Assembly (NCBI GenBank): GCA_049969675.1
Contig: JBMFOP010000061.1
Location: 1 to 18,976 of the forward strand
DNA: 18,976 bases
Reading direction: 5' to 3'
Origin: Myxococcota bacterium
GTDB taxonomy: Bacteria > Myxococcota > SpSt-1050
Part shown: one piece after another, positions 1 to 7,965 of the stretch
Layout of the letters: every line of letters starts with the position of its first letter
Position numbering within the stretch: position 1 is the first letter of the stretch
Translations under genes and position numbers: made by a program
The notes under the pieces: generated by a model
Told to the model about the DNA's origin: nothing
Databases searched by the model: none
Seen by the model: only the letters and a program-made list of their open reading frames with translations

Positions 1-70
1 AGAAGATGGATTATAATCGGATTAATAGAAAGTAGTTTTTGTTCTAAAAATGAATATAACTAAATACCTA

Positions 71-204
71 TTACTTAAATTTTGGGATGTTACAGTTTAA
101 TCTACTCAACTCTCTGTGAGATGATAAGTCTACTGCATCTTTAAGCTGATTATATGATAGCAAATAATTCTCAAATCTATGTTTCCATTTTATATTTTTG
201 CCAC
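71..204 (-). pseudogene. Truncated remnant of an HI0074-family nucleotidyltransferase substrate-binding (HEPN-like) protein
   Basis: Manual translation gives NIKWKHRFENYLLSYNQLKDAVDLSSHRELSRL. This matches the HI0074-family N-terminus as I recall it (DIRWxQRFxN(F/Y)xxAxxQLxxAVxLxxxRxLSxLExQGLIQ). Similarity ends near nt 98 and a stop follows at 73-71. The candidate GTG (204-202) is one base out of frame across an A5 run. Confidence 0.65.
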
Positions 205-233
205 AATATTGTTTTCCTTAATCTACTCATACA

Positions 234-1409
234 TTAAGAATGCATCTTCATAATACCTTTTGCAGTATTCTGCAAGATCTTTGATACCCCGGCATTTTTG
301 GCAATATTCTTAAGGTCTGAGAGTCTAAGACTCCTGACAAATGCCATCGCCATTGGGACCGGTGTCTTGGGATTGAGTGCAAGCTTCAACTTGATATTAT
401 AGACCCTTATATAATCCCTGTGGGTGGCGATATACTTTATCGCCTCTGCATTTGCTGCCCTGTCCTGCGCAATTTTGTAAATATCATCTGGTGTTATATC
501 CTTATGTTTAACAGCGGCAAGTGCCACAGAACCAATTGGGGACTTTGCCATAATCTGTTTTACCCTATGTCTCCCTACCTCCACAAGTGCCATCTGCCTA
601 TCCTCACTCATATGTTCTATATCTTCAATCAACTTCTTCTCCATCTCCTCTGGCAGCGGAATACTCTCGTCATAAAACTCTCTCGGGATGTTAAATTTCT
701 TTATTAGTTCATCCCTATTAGAAGAGGGCTGAGGCTGGCTATCGCCGGACATCTTATTCTCAACTCTCTGAATCTCTGCCCCTTCCTCTTCTGTCTTCTG
801 TTCCTCCTCACTCTTCTTATTTGGTTCAAATAGCGACTCTACCTCTACACCCCCTTCCTCAATGGGTACCTTTTTAATTACCCCGAGTCTTTCAAGGTCT
901 ATTCTGGACTTAATTGCAAATTCATTTACCATACTCTTCTGAGAGGCAGTGGAGTTTGGATTTTCATTTATAGCCTTAATAATCTCTGGATATCTAAGTA
1001 TTCTCACCTGATTTCGGGCTATAATATCAATCAACTTTTCATCAGCAAATGAGGCAATCATTGCGAATGTCTCATCTGCTGTAGCATTATTAAATAGTAT
1101 CTTTTCAAGCACCACTGAATTTGATCGAAATACAACTGCCATTTTATGTAGAACCTCCGGAGGAAGCGATTGAGAGAGAACCGCATATAGAATCTTTTCA
1201 GGGAGACTGGAGAAGTTTATCTCCGCAAGTTTTTTCAATTCCTCATTCTCATCAAAAAGCATCTGATACAAATAGAGGACATAATCCACTGGCTTTAATG
1301 GCACCATCCCTTTTATCGCAAGCATCTTCAAGCCAGATGGACTCTGTGGATCTAAGAGCTTCTTAACACTTTCAGGAAGACCTTTTAATTCTATTCTCTT
1401 CTCTTCCAT
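234..1409 (-). CDS. Conserved hypothetical alpha-helical (ARM/HEAT-like) repeat protein, about 391 aa, deltaproteobacterial type
   Basis: Start moved to ATG 1409 (MEEKRIE): GGGGTGAG SD-like sequence overlaps the coaX stop, and this avoids a 41-nt overlap with coaX. Two helical domains are joined by an acidic linker. The C-terminal YNIKLKLALNPKTP...LRLSDL motif is typical of this family. Confidence 0.75.
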   Translation of the reverse strand: MEEKRIELKGLPESVKKLLDPQSPSGLKMLAIKGMVPLKPVDYVLYLYQMLFDENEELKKLAEINFSSLPEKILYAVLSQSLPPEVLHKMAVVFRSNSVVLEKILFNNATADETFAMIASFADEKLIDIIARNQVRILRYPEIIKAINENPNSTASQKSMVNEFAIKSRIDLERLGVIKKVPIEEGGVEVESLFEPNKKSEEEQKTEEEGAEIQRVENKMSGDSQPQPSSNRDELIKKFNIPREFYDESIPLPEEMEKKLIEDIEHMSEDRQMALVEVGRHRVKQIMAKSPIGSVALAAVKHKDITPDDIYKIAQDRAANAEAIKYIATHRDYIRVYNIKLKLALNPKTPVPMAMAFVRSLRLSDLKNIAKNAGVSKILQNTAKGIMKMHS

Positions 1410-1413
1410 AGTC

Positions 1414-2184
1414 TCACCCCAGATTCCTTTCATAGATATATCTAAGACCATCAAGTGTCAGGTCTTTATCTACTATATTGATGCTTGAGCTCTCATTTGC
1501 AATCACCTCTGCATACCCACCTGTCGCAATGACCAGAATATTCTCTTCATCCATCTCCTTCTTCATATTTTTGACGATATTTTCAACAATCCCAATATAT
1601 CCGAATACGGTTCCAGCCTGAATTGAGTTTACTGTATTCTTACCTATAATGGATGGGGGCTTTTTGAAATCAACGCGTGGAAGCTTACTGGTCCTCGTAA
1701 AAAGTGCCTCCATTGATATACCTATGCCGGGTGCAATTGCCCCACCAAGGTACCCTCTTTTACTACTCACCGCATCAAATGTGGTGGCGGTTCCAAAGTC
1801 AACGATGATACTGGAACTCTTATATTTTTCAAGGGCACCAACGGCATTTACAATTCTATCAGCCCCCACCTCTTTGGGATTTTCATAGAGTATCTGAATA
1901 CCGGTCTTGATTCCGGGTCCTACAATAAGCGGAACGCTCTTGAAATACCCTTCGCATACATTTACATAAGTATCCAGAACAGGTGGAACTACAGAGGCAA
2001 TAATTATCCCATCTATATCACTGAAATGGAGAGATTTGAGACCAAACATTGAATGCAGATAGGTGGCCACCTCATCAGCCGTAATATTCAGTGATGTCCT
2101 CTGCCTGAAAGCGGCTATAAGTTTATCCTTATTATAGATTCCAAATACTACATTTGTATTTCCAATATCAATTGCCAGAAGCAT
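1414..2184 (-). CDS. coaX: Type III pantothenate kinase
   Basis: Motifs LAIDIGNTN, ASVVP, YENPKEVGADR, IVDFGTATTFD, GGAIAPG, VIATGG, LTLDGL. SD GAGGTG overlaps the upstream stop. Confidence 0.96.
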   Translation of the reverse strand: MLLAIDIGNTNVVFGIYNKDKLIAAFRQRTSLNITADEVATYLHSMFGLKSLHFSDIDGIIIASVVPPVLDTYVNVCEGYFKSVPLIVGPGIKTGIQILYENPKEVGADRIVNAVGALEKYKSSSIIVDFGTATTFDAVSSKRGYLGGAIAPGIGISMEALFTRTSKLPRVDFKKPPSIIGKNTVNSIQAGTVFGYIGIVENIVKNMKKEMDEENILVIATGGYAEVIANESSSINIVDKDLTLDGLRYIYERNLG

Positions 2185-2193
2185 ATCTACACC

Positions 2194-3864
2194 TCAAAAG
2201 ACCTTTTTATATAATTTATACATTGGGAGACTCTTAATACCTTCAAGCTCTGCCTCCTTCTTTCTTAGTTCCCCAATCAGGATATCTCTCTTCTGTATCT
2301 CAGATTCAAGATTTACAATGGATTTTTTGAGCTCTACAACCTCATTTTTGAGTCTGATAATATCATCTTCTCTCAGTTCTTTCTCATTTTTTACTCTAAC
2401 CAGCTCATCTTCTAAAAATCCATTCTTCCTGATAAGTTCTGTAATTCTGGCATTCAGTTCTATCGCATCCTTCTCAAATCTATCTCTCTCATTTTTGAGT
2501 CTGAGATTCTCATCTTTAATTCTACCAACCTCCTCACCCAATCTCTTCAACTCATCCTTAATCCATCCCGCCTCTCTCATAATCTCTGTCTTTTCATTGT
2601 TGAGTCTCAGTATCTCAGAATCCTTCGCCACAATCCTCTCATTTAATCTAATATTCTCCGCCTCTAATTTTTTTAATTCTCTAATATATTCAGAATGTTC
2701 AACACCCTCTTTTACATATCTATCAACAATCCTGATGAGCCCCTGAATAAGCCCATCCCCTGTATCTATCTTCTTTGGACTATTGAGGATAGCTTGGAGT
2801 GGTTCAATATTCCTATTTACATCAAACTCCTTAATCACAAGCGCGGTCACATTGTCGCTCTTATGGAGCAGTATCTCATTATCAGAGAGAATTCTCTCAA
2901 TGGTATCTACAAAATCCTGCTCGTTCTTAACCACCCACCCCGCATCGTACTTCTTCACCAATTCACTTATGGTAAGATAATCATTTACAATGACCGGCAA
3001 TCCCGAGGCAAGATAATCAACTGCCCTGAAATTATAGGAGAAGTGCCTTTCAATATTCTTTTCAAAGCATAGAATGGCTGCACTCCCTTCACTATAACTA
3101 TTAAGTAGTCTTTCGTACGGTAAAACACCCATATATTTAATTCGTGGAGAATCTTTATAACCTTTCGAGATATTCTCTATGCGACTCTTTAGAGCAAAAT
3201 CCCCTCCATATATCCTTATCTCACCTGTATTATGTCTCATTAGAATATCTGCAAGTTGATTAATATAGGCAGTATCATCAGACCACGGCCAGTTAAATCC
3301 ACCGGCAATAAATATTGGCTCCTGTGGTATCTTTTTCTCAAGAGGCTTATACAGAACAATTTGTGGGATTACGAGTACCCTTGAGATTGCATCCCTGATA
3401 CCCGCCATTACAAGGAATGAATAGACAAAATCCCTCTGTCTCTGATTATTCACAATAAAATAATCAGCCCTTCTGAGCATATCTATCCTTAAAAAGAGAT
3501 CAGTTGTAAAATCCACATTCTCAAATAGGGATTCAACAAATCTATGGGCAAAGAGGTCAAGTATGACAAATGCATCAGATTTTTCAGGGATAAATTGTAA
3601 AAGTTCTGAGACATTTACAATAATGAAATCTGGTTTAAGAGATCCAATTATTCTTGGGATCTCAATATCTGTATTAAATGGTAGAATCTGAATTCCATTT
3701 ATAACACTCTCTATGTTTTGAAGCTCTGCCCCTCCCGAGAGGAAGAAACACTCTGCACCACTCCTCTTCAGAATTTGCAGAAGACTATATGCCCTTATTG
3801 CAGAGCCTACTGTAATTACATTATCTATTGGTGGTGCACCTCTTGTAATGGCAAGGATTCTCAA
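2194..3864 (-). CDS. GT-B (GT4-like) glycosyltransferase with a C-terminal coiled coil of about 170 aa
   Basis: GT-B C-domain motifs YMGVLPYERL...FRAVDYLASGLPVIVND...YDAGWVV. Heptad-like E/K/L/R-rich tail ends in the amphipathic IKSLPMYKLYKKVF. TTG start with AGGAGG SD inside the upstream gene's last codons. Confidence 0.8.
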   Translation of the reverse strand: MRILAITRGAPPIDNVITVGSAIRAYSLLQILKRSGAECFFLSGGAELQNIESVINGIQILPFNTDIEIPRIIGSLKPDFIIVNVSELLQFIPEKSDAFVILDLFAHRFVESLFENVDFTTDLFLRIDMLRRADYFIVNNQRQRDFVYSFLVMAGIRDAISRVLVIPQIVLYKPLEKKIPQEPIFIAGGFNWPWSDDTAYINQLADILMRHNTGEIRIYGGDFALKSRIENISKGYKDSPRIKYMGVLPYERLLNSYSEGSAAILCFEKNIERHFSYNFRAVDYLASGLPVIVNDYLTISELVKKYDAGWVVKNEQDFVDTIERILSDNEILLHKSDNVTALVIKEFDVNRNIEPLQAILNSPKKIDTGDGLIQGLIRIVDRYVKEGVEHSEYIRELKKLEAENIRLNERIVAKDSEILRLNNEKTEIMREAGWIKDELKRLGEEVGRIKDENLRLKNERDRFEKDAIELNARITELIRKNGFLEDELVRVKNEKELREDDIIRLKNEVVELKKSIVNLESEIQKRDILIGELRKKEAELEGIKSLPMYKLYKKVF

Positions 3865-3865
3865 A

Positions 3866-5983
3866 TTATTCCTCCTGAAAATAGGTTACAGGTAAACATA
3901 TTGTCCCTATCTTATCTATAAGTCTGCAGACAGTCAACGATTTCGTGCAATCAAAGTGGTCTCTACATCTCTCTGTGCAAAATGAATTCTTCTCATCAAC
4001 ATTGGCACAGAGGCCCGAATCACAGACATAGGGATTATTACTACAACTCTGACCAACATCTGCATCAGCAGGCTTTCTGGCACATACTCTAACAGCCTTT
4101 GCATAATCCCTGCTCAAATAAAATGGAACAATCCTACATATATCAGGATTACTACAATCGGAATCAATTGCACAAAATCTTGTACATTTCCCGATATAAT
4201 TGATTGAGGCATCTGTATCTTTGTCGGGGAGACATACCCCACTCTCACACTCCTCATTTGAAGAACATTCATCTCCATATTTCTTCAGTTCAGTATATAC
4301 CTTCATACACAAAGGCTCAGCCTCTCCGCTCCTCTTATCAAAGGATATACGACAGACCTCTCCCTCAGGACAACCTTCATCTCTAACACATTGATAAAGG
4401 GAGCCCGGATGCGGGATACATAGCTTCTTAATTATATCCATATTAAAACCGACATTCAATGTAAAGAAGGCGCAGATATATCCATCTGGACAATCGGATT
4501 TATCAACACAAAAGGCGGAACATCTGTTGTATTCAAAAAGACATATTCCAGAACTACAGGGTCTATCACAGATCTCCCCGGGGAGTGCACTATCTGTATC
4601 AGACCTATAACATTGAACTCTTCCTTGCCCATCTGAATCAATGAGCGAGCAGAAGAGACCATCCGTGCAATCTCCATCCCTGTTGCAACCATCATCACTT
4701 AACTCCATCAAACAGAGCTGTTCATTCTCATAAAAATCACACACAAAATTTTCTGGACAATCAAGGGTGCTCTTACATATCTCTGAACAATACGGCAAAT
4801 CAGAATTTTTAACACAGATTGAACTTTTACACTCCTCATTTGAATAAGTACAATATTCACCTGTTTCCTTCTTTACATCCTTATAATTCACGCATCCCCT
4901 ATATAAAATATCATTTTCTGAACTTAAAAGCTCCTCACATACAAAACCCTCCGGGCAATCATAGTCCATCAGACATGGCATAGTGCATATATTTCTACAG
5001 CTGTCCTTACAATATTTCAGCCTGCCACACATTCCCCATCTACACTCATAGGAAGTATCACAATAATCTCTTGAAATAGCACCATTATTTAATATCCCGC
5101 AAAAGGTGGCAATAGAACTTTTATCATCTGAAAATGCATATCTGCATTTCAAACCATAATTACAATCTTTGCTGTTATTGCACCTCCTCGGCTCATACAT
5201 ACCCTTCTTAATGCATACATTCTTATCTGGATAGGTGGGGAAGATTCCACAATAAAAGTCATAGGGACAGTCCGAATCAGTTCTGCAGAGTCTGGAACAA
5301 TAAGAATAGGCATATCCATCGGCTTTGAGGCATAGTCCACCTGCACACTCCTTATATGGCTCCTCCCCTTCACAATACATCCCGGTCTCTGAGGGTGTCC
5401 TGGGTATACAGGCGAGTCTCCCCTGATAATCTCTGTCACAGATCTGATTTTTATCACAGTCCATATTTGAATTACACCCTCTACCACATCTCTCTATTGG
5501 GATACATCTTCCATCTACACACCGACGACAGGAACCACAGTCAGAGTCATCCTTACACAGAGTCACAACGCATATTGTGGACAGCTCACAGAGATTATTT
5601 ATACACAGGCCACAGGGTTCACACTCCTTATCATTACTGCAGACAGTGCGCGAATAGATACTCTTTATACAGAGTTTGTCAGAGCCAGCCTTAGAACAGA
5701 AATAGCCCGGAGGACAATCATAATCCTCTTCACACCTCTGTGTACAATACCTCTCACCATAATTATACATACAGAAGCCACCAATACAATCATCTGAGCC
5801 ATTACAACCAGTCCCAACGCTTACAAGACAGTAATCTCCTGATTTCAACGAACCAGCCGGGCAGTCCCCTCTCACAAGTTCTATCCTCTCGGGTCTCTCA
5901 CATGAAAGAGGAATGAATAAAGACAGAATTACAAAACCAGCGATAGGAATTAGTTTAAGATCTTTTGCAGATGAGAATAACAT
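3866..5983 (-). CDS. Cys-rich repeat lipoprotein (disulfide-rich surface protein)
   Basis: Hydrophobic signal ending in lipobox-like FIPLS|C. About 89 Cys by manual count, in recurring Cx5C...C[ST]xxCxxDxDCPxG[FY]xC modules. Confidence 0.85.
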   Translation of the reverse strand: MLFSSAKDLKLIPIAGFVILSLFIPLSCERPERIELVRGDCPAGSLKSGDYCLVSVGTGCNGSDDCIGGFCMYNYGERYCTQRCEEDYDCPPGYFCSKAGSDKLCIKSIYSRTVCSNDKECEPCGLCINNLCELSTICVVTLCKDDSDCGSCRRCVDGRCIPIERCGRGCNSNMDCDKNQICDRDYQGRLACIPRTPSETGMYCEGEEPYKECAGGLCLKADGYAYSYCSRLCRTDSDCPYDFYCGIFPTYPDKNVCIKKGMYEPRRCNNSKDCNYGLKCRYAFSDDKSSIATFCGILNNGAISRDYCDTSYECRWGMCGRLKYCKDSCRNICTMPCLMDYDCPEGFVCEELLSSENDILYRGCVNYKDVKKETGEYCTYSNEECKSSICVKNSDLPYCSEICKSTLDCPENFVCDFYENEQLCLMELSDDGCNRDGDCTDGLFCSLIDSDGQGRVQCYRSDTDSALPGEICDRPCSSGICLFEYNRCSAFCVDKSDCPDGYICAFFTLNVGFNMDIIKKLCIPHPGSLYQCVRDEGCPEGEVCRISFDKRSGEAEPLCMKVYTELKKYGDECSSNEECESGVCLPDKDTDASINYIGKCTRFCAIDSDCSNPDICRIVPFYLSRDYAKAVRVCARKPADADVGQSCSNNPYVCDSGLCANVDEKNSFCTERCRDHFDCTKSLTVCRLIDKIGTICLPVTYFQEE

Positions 5984-6016
5984 AAAAAATTACTCAGAAA
6001 ATAACTTCAGATGCAA

Positions 6017-6044
6017 ATTATATCTGAACTATCAGACAAGTAAA
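6017..6044 (-). promoter_or_regulatory. Putative sigma70-type promoter for the lipoprotein-GT-coaX operon
   Basis: Minus strand TTTACT-N16-TATAAT directly after the exbD terminator. The -10 lies inside the inverted repeat TTCAGAT-N9-ATCTGAA (6006-6028). Confidence 0.5.
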
Positions 6045-6073
6045 TAAAAAAATACCCCACCAATGGTGGGGTA
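6042..6073 (-). terminator. Rho-independent terminator of the exbB-exbD-exbD operon
   Basis: Perfect 9-bp stem TACCCCACC/GGTGGGGTA (6053-6061/6065-6073) with a 3-nt loop, followed by a T-tract on the minus strand, 26 nt after the stop at 6100. Confidence 0.88.
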
Positions 6074-6099
6074 CCTTATACAAAAGGCGATATTCCCTA

Positions 6100-6624
6100 T
6101 TATGAACCTTCCTTCACCACGGCAAACTCAATCTTATCAAATCCCGCCTGATTGCAGGTATACATTACCTTCTGCATCTGCTTGAAGGGAATACCTTTAT
6201 GCGCCTTTACTGTAACCAGATGTCCGGGCGTTGGTAACCCCGTTGTAGGGTCGTATGCCGGAGGCGCACCAGGCGCAGAAGCGAGTTTTTCAAGCTTCCT
6301 CCTCAATGCCTGATCAAGACCCGGGAGGAGTGGGACATCCTTGTCCTCATAGTCCTTAAATGTAGGTTCTACCAGCTCTCCATCCATATACACAGCCTTT
6401 TCTGTCACCGCCACCTCTGTCTCATAAGACATGGGGTCCTCCGCCCTGGATTTTGGCATAATGAGGTCCGGTGAATTAAATGAGGAGAATGTGGAGACTG
6501 CATTGGACATTATCAGGAAGACCACCAGTATTATCATAATGTCAATGAGATTAACTACATTGACTATCAGGTCCTCCGGTTTCTTCCCCTCCTTCATAGT
6601 CTGATGTTTCTTTGGGAATATCAT
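6100..6624 (-). CDS. ExbD/TolR family protein (AglS/AglQ-like)
   Basis: Single TM with the conserved Asp (NVVNLIDIMIILVVFL). C-terminal VTVKAHKGIPF...VMYTCNQAGFDKIEFAV is ExbD-like. GGAGG SD. Confidence 0.88.
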   Translation of the reverse strand: MIFPKKHQTMKEGKKPEDLIVNVVNLIDIMIILVVFLIMSNAVSTFSSFNSPDLIMPKSRAEDPMSYETEVAVTEKAVYMDGELVEPTFKDYEDKDVPLLPGLDQALRRKLEKLASAPGAPPAYDPTTGLPTPGHLVTVKAHKGIPFKQMQKVMYTCNQAGFDKIEFAVVKEGS

Positions 6625-6641
6625 AATCTGCCTCCACTTCC

Positions 6642-7187
6642 TTAATATGGCAAGTCAGTCAGAGCGACACTCTGAAATAGCGTATATTTCATCTTCTGGT
6701 CACCTGCACCTGTCACAACCTTCTCTCTGACCGCATCCATAGCCTTTACCACGAGTTCATATTCTATAGTCTTCTGAACCTCCAGAAGGATATCCTGCCT
6801 TGCCTCATAGACCAGCTTAATCTTATACAACTCCTCGGAGAGCTTCTCAAAATCAAATTCCTTATTCTCCTTGAGTGGCACATCTATTCCGGTTGGTGCC
6901 TCACCCGAGACTGTTACAACTATCTGGAATCCCGGGGCATCTCCCTCTTTCTTCATCCTTACTTCTAGATTCTGCAGGGTCTTCTTGTCGGGCTGTTCAA
7001 TAGGTTCGTCAGGTGGTTGCCCTCCAAAGACAGGCATTTTTGCTGGCATTGTAGTGATATCTTCAAATGTGGAGGTAGCAAAATTGGTCAGAAGGAAGAC
7101 GATAAGGATGATTAATATATCAATCAGGTTGACAACATTAACATGAATCGTTTCCTTCTTGCCGCCAGTACTAACAGCTCCAGCCAT
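6642..7187 (-). CDS. ExbD/TolR family protein (AglQ/AglS-like)
   Basis: TM segment NVVNLIDILIILIVFLL with the conserved Asp. C-terminal IEYELVVKAMDAVR. GGAGGT SD. Confidence 0.88.
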   Translation of the reverse strand: MAGAVSTGGKKETIHVNVVNLIDILIILIVFLLTNFATSTFEDITTMPAKMPVFGGQPPDEPIEQPDKKTLQNLEVRMKKEGDAPGFQIVVTVSGEAPTGIDVPLKENKEFDFEKLSEELYKIKLVYEARQDILLEVQKTIEYELVVKAMDAVREKVVTGAGDQKMKYTLFQSVALTDLPY

Positions 7188-7211
7188 TATAAACCTCCAA
7201 GATTTTGAAAA

Positions 7212-7847
7212 TTACATCTCTTCCTGTTTCTGCTCTTTAATTCTGAAGAGATTTACTGTCTGCTGAGAGACCGTCCTTATATCCTCAACCAGCTTCTGGC
7301 TCTTTGCCTGAATGAAAGAGTAGACTATAATCATAGGAACCGCTATGATGAGAGAGAGAGCGGTTGAGTTCATTGCCACAGAGATACCCTGCGCAAGAAT
7401 AGTTGCCTTCTTGGATGGTTCCACGCCAGCCACAGCCCTGAAGCAGAGGATCATTCCCATAACCGTTCCCAGAAGACCGGTCATTGTAGATGCGTTTGCA
7501 ACCATTGAGAGGTAGTGTGTCCTTCTCTCAATAAGAGGAATTACCTCTGTTGCCTTCTCGTTGATGGCAATCTCAACGGCCTCAACACCCATATCGTGCT
7601 TCATAAGACCGTGCTTAATCACCTGTGGAAGAGGGGCATCGCTGCAGAGTCGGATAGCATCATCTACCCTGTCCGCCATAACCCTCTTCTGCACCTCAGC
7701 AAAGAACTTCTTTGCATCCACGCTATACTTGAAATACAGCGTATAAATTCTGTCAACAATTACTGCGATACCAAATGCACCGAGTGCCAGAAGCACATAA
7801 AATTCACCCAATCCGAGTTGAAATAACTCTCTAAAAATCGTTACCAT
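7212..7847 (-). CDS. MotA/TolQ/ExbB proton channel family protein (AglR-like)
   Basis: Three TM segments; motifs TGLLGTVMGMILCF and GISVAMNSTALSLIIAVP. GGAGGT SD. Followed by two ExbD paralogues. Confidence 0.92.
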   Translation of the reverse strand: MVTIFRELFQLGLGEFYVLLALGAFGIAVIVDRIYTLYFKYSVDAKKFFAEVQKRVMADRVDDAIRLCSDAPLPQVIKHGLMKHDMGVEAVEIAINEKATEVIPLIERRTHYLSMVANASTMTGLLGTVMGMILCFRAVAGVEPSKKATILAQGISVAMNSTALSLIIAVPMIIVYSFIQAKSQKLVEDIRTVSQQTVNLFRIKEQKQEEM

Positions 7848-7872
7848 CTTCTTACCTCCGTGGTGATGAAAT

Positions 7873-7946
7873 TGTTATCATACAAAAAATCATTGCATTG
7901 CATAACAATGGTGTTATAAATAACATAGTTGACTTTTTGATGTCAA
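7873..7946. promoter_or_regulatory. Divergent promoter region (exbB / hutI) with clustered palindromic sites
   Basis: Four TGTTAT/ATAACA half-sites (7873, 7902, 7912, 7920) and the palindrome TTGAC-N8-GTCAA (7929-7946). The palindrome gives a -35-like hexamer on each strand. Confidence 0.4.
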
Positions 7947-7965
7947 GAACTTTTGGTATATCAAA

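Noticed and set aside
1410..1454. Longer N-terminus of ORF 234..1454
   Set aside because: It would overlap coaX by 41 nt. ATG 1409 has an SD-like sequence and follows the coaX stop.
420..5694. Short alternative ORFs (420..707, 1121..1366, 1649..1888, 2318..2746, 2695..3072, 2783..2980, 3718..3921, 4200..4394, 4204..4386, 4456..4698, 5149..5487, 5356..5694)
   Set aside because: They are antisense or off-frame shadows of well-supported genes. The Ser/Phe/Leu-rich 2318..2746 is simply the reverse complement of the Glu/Lys-rich coiled coil.
3866..5983. Multiheme cytochrome, Fe-S protein or DNA-level repeat array
   Set aside because: No CxxCH motifs. The repeats are degenerate at the protein level, with no identical nucleotide repeats or spacers.
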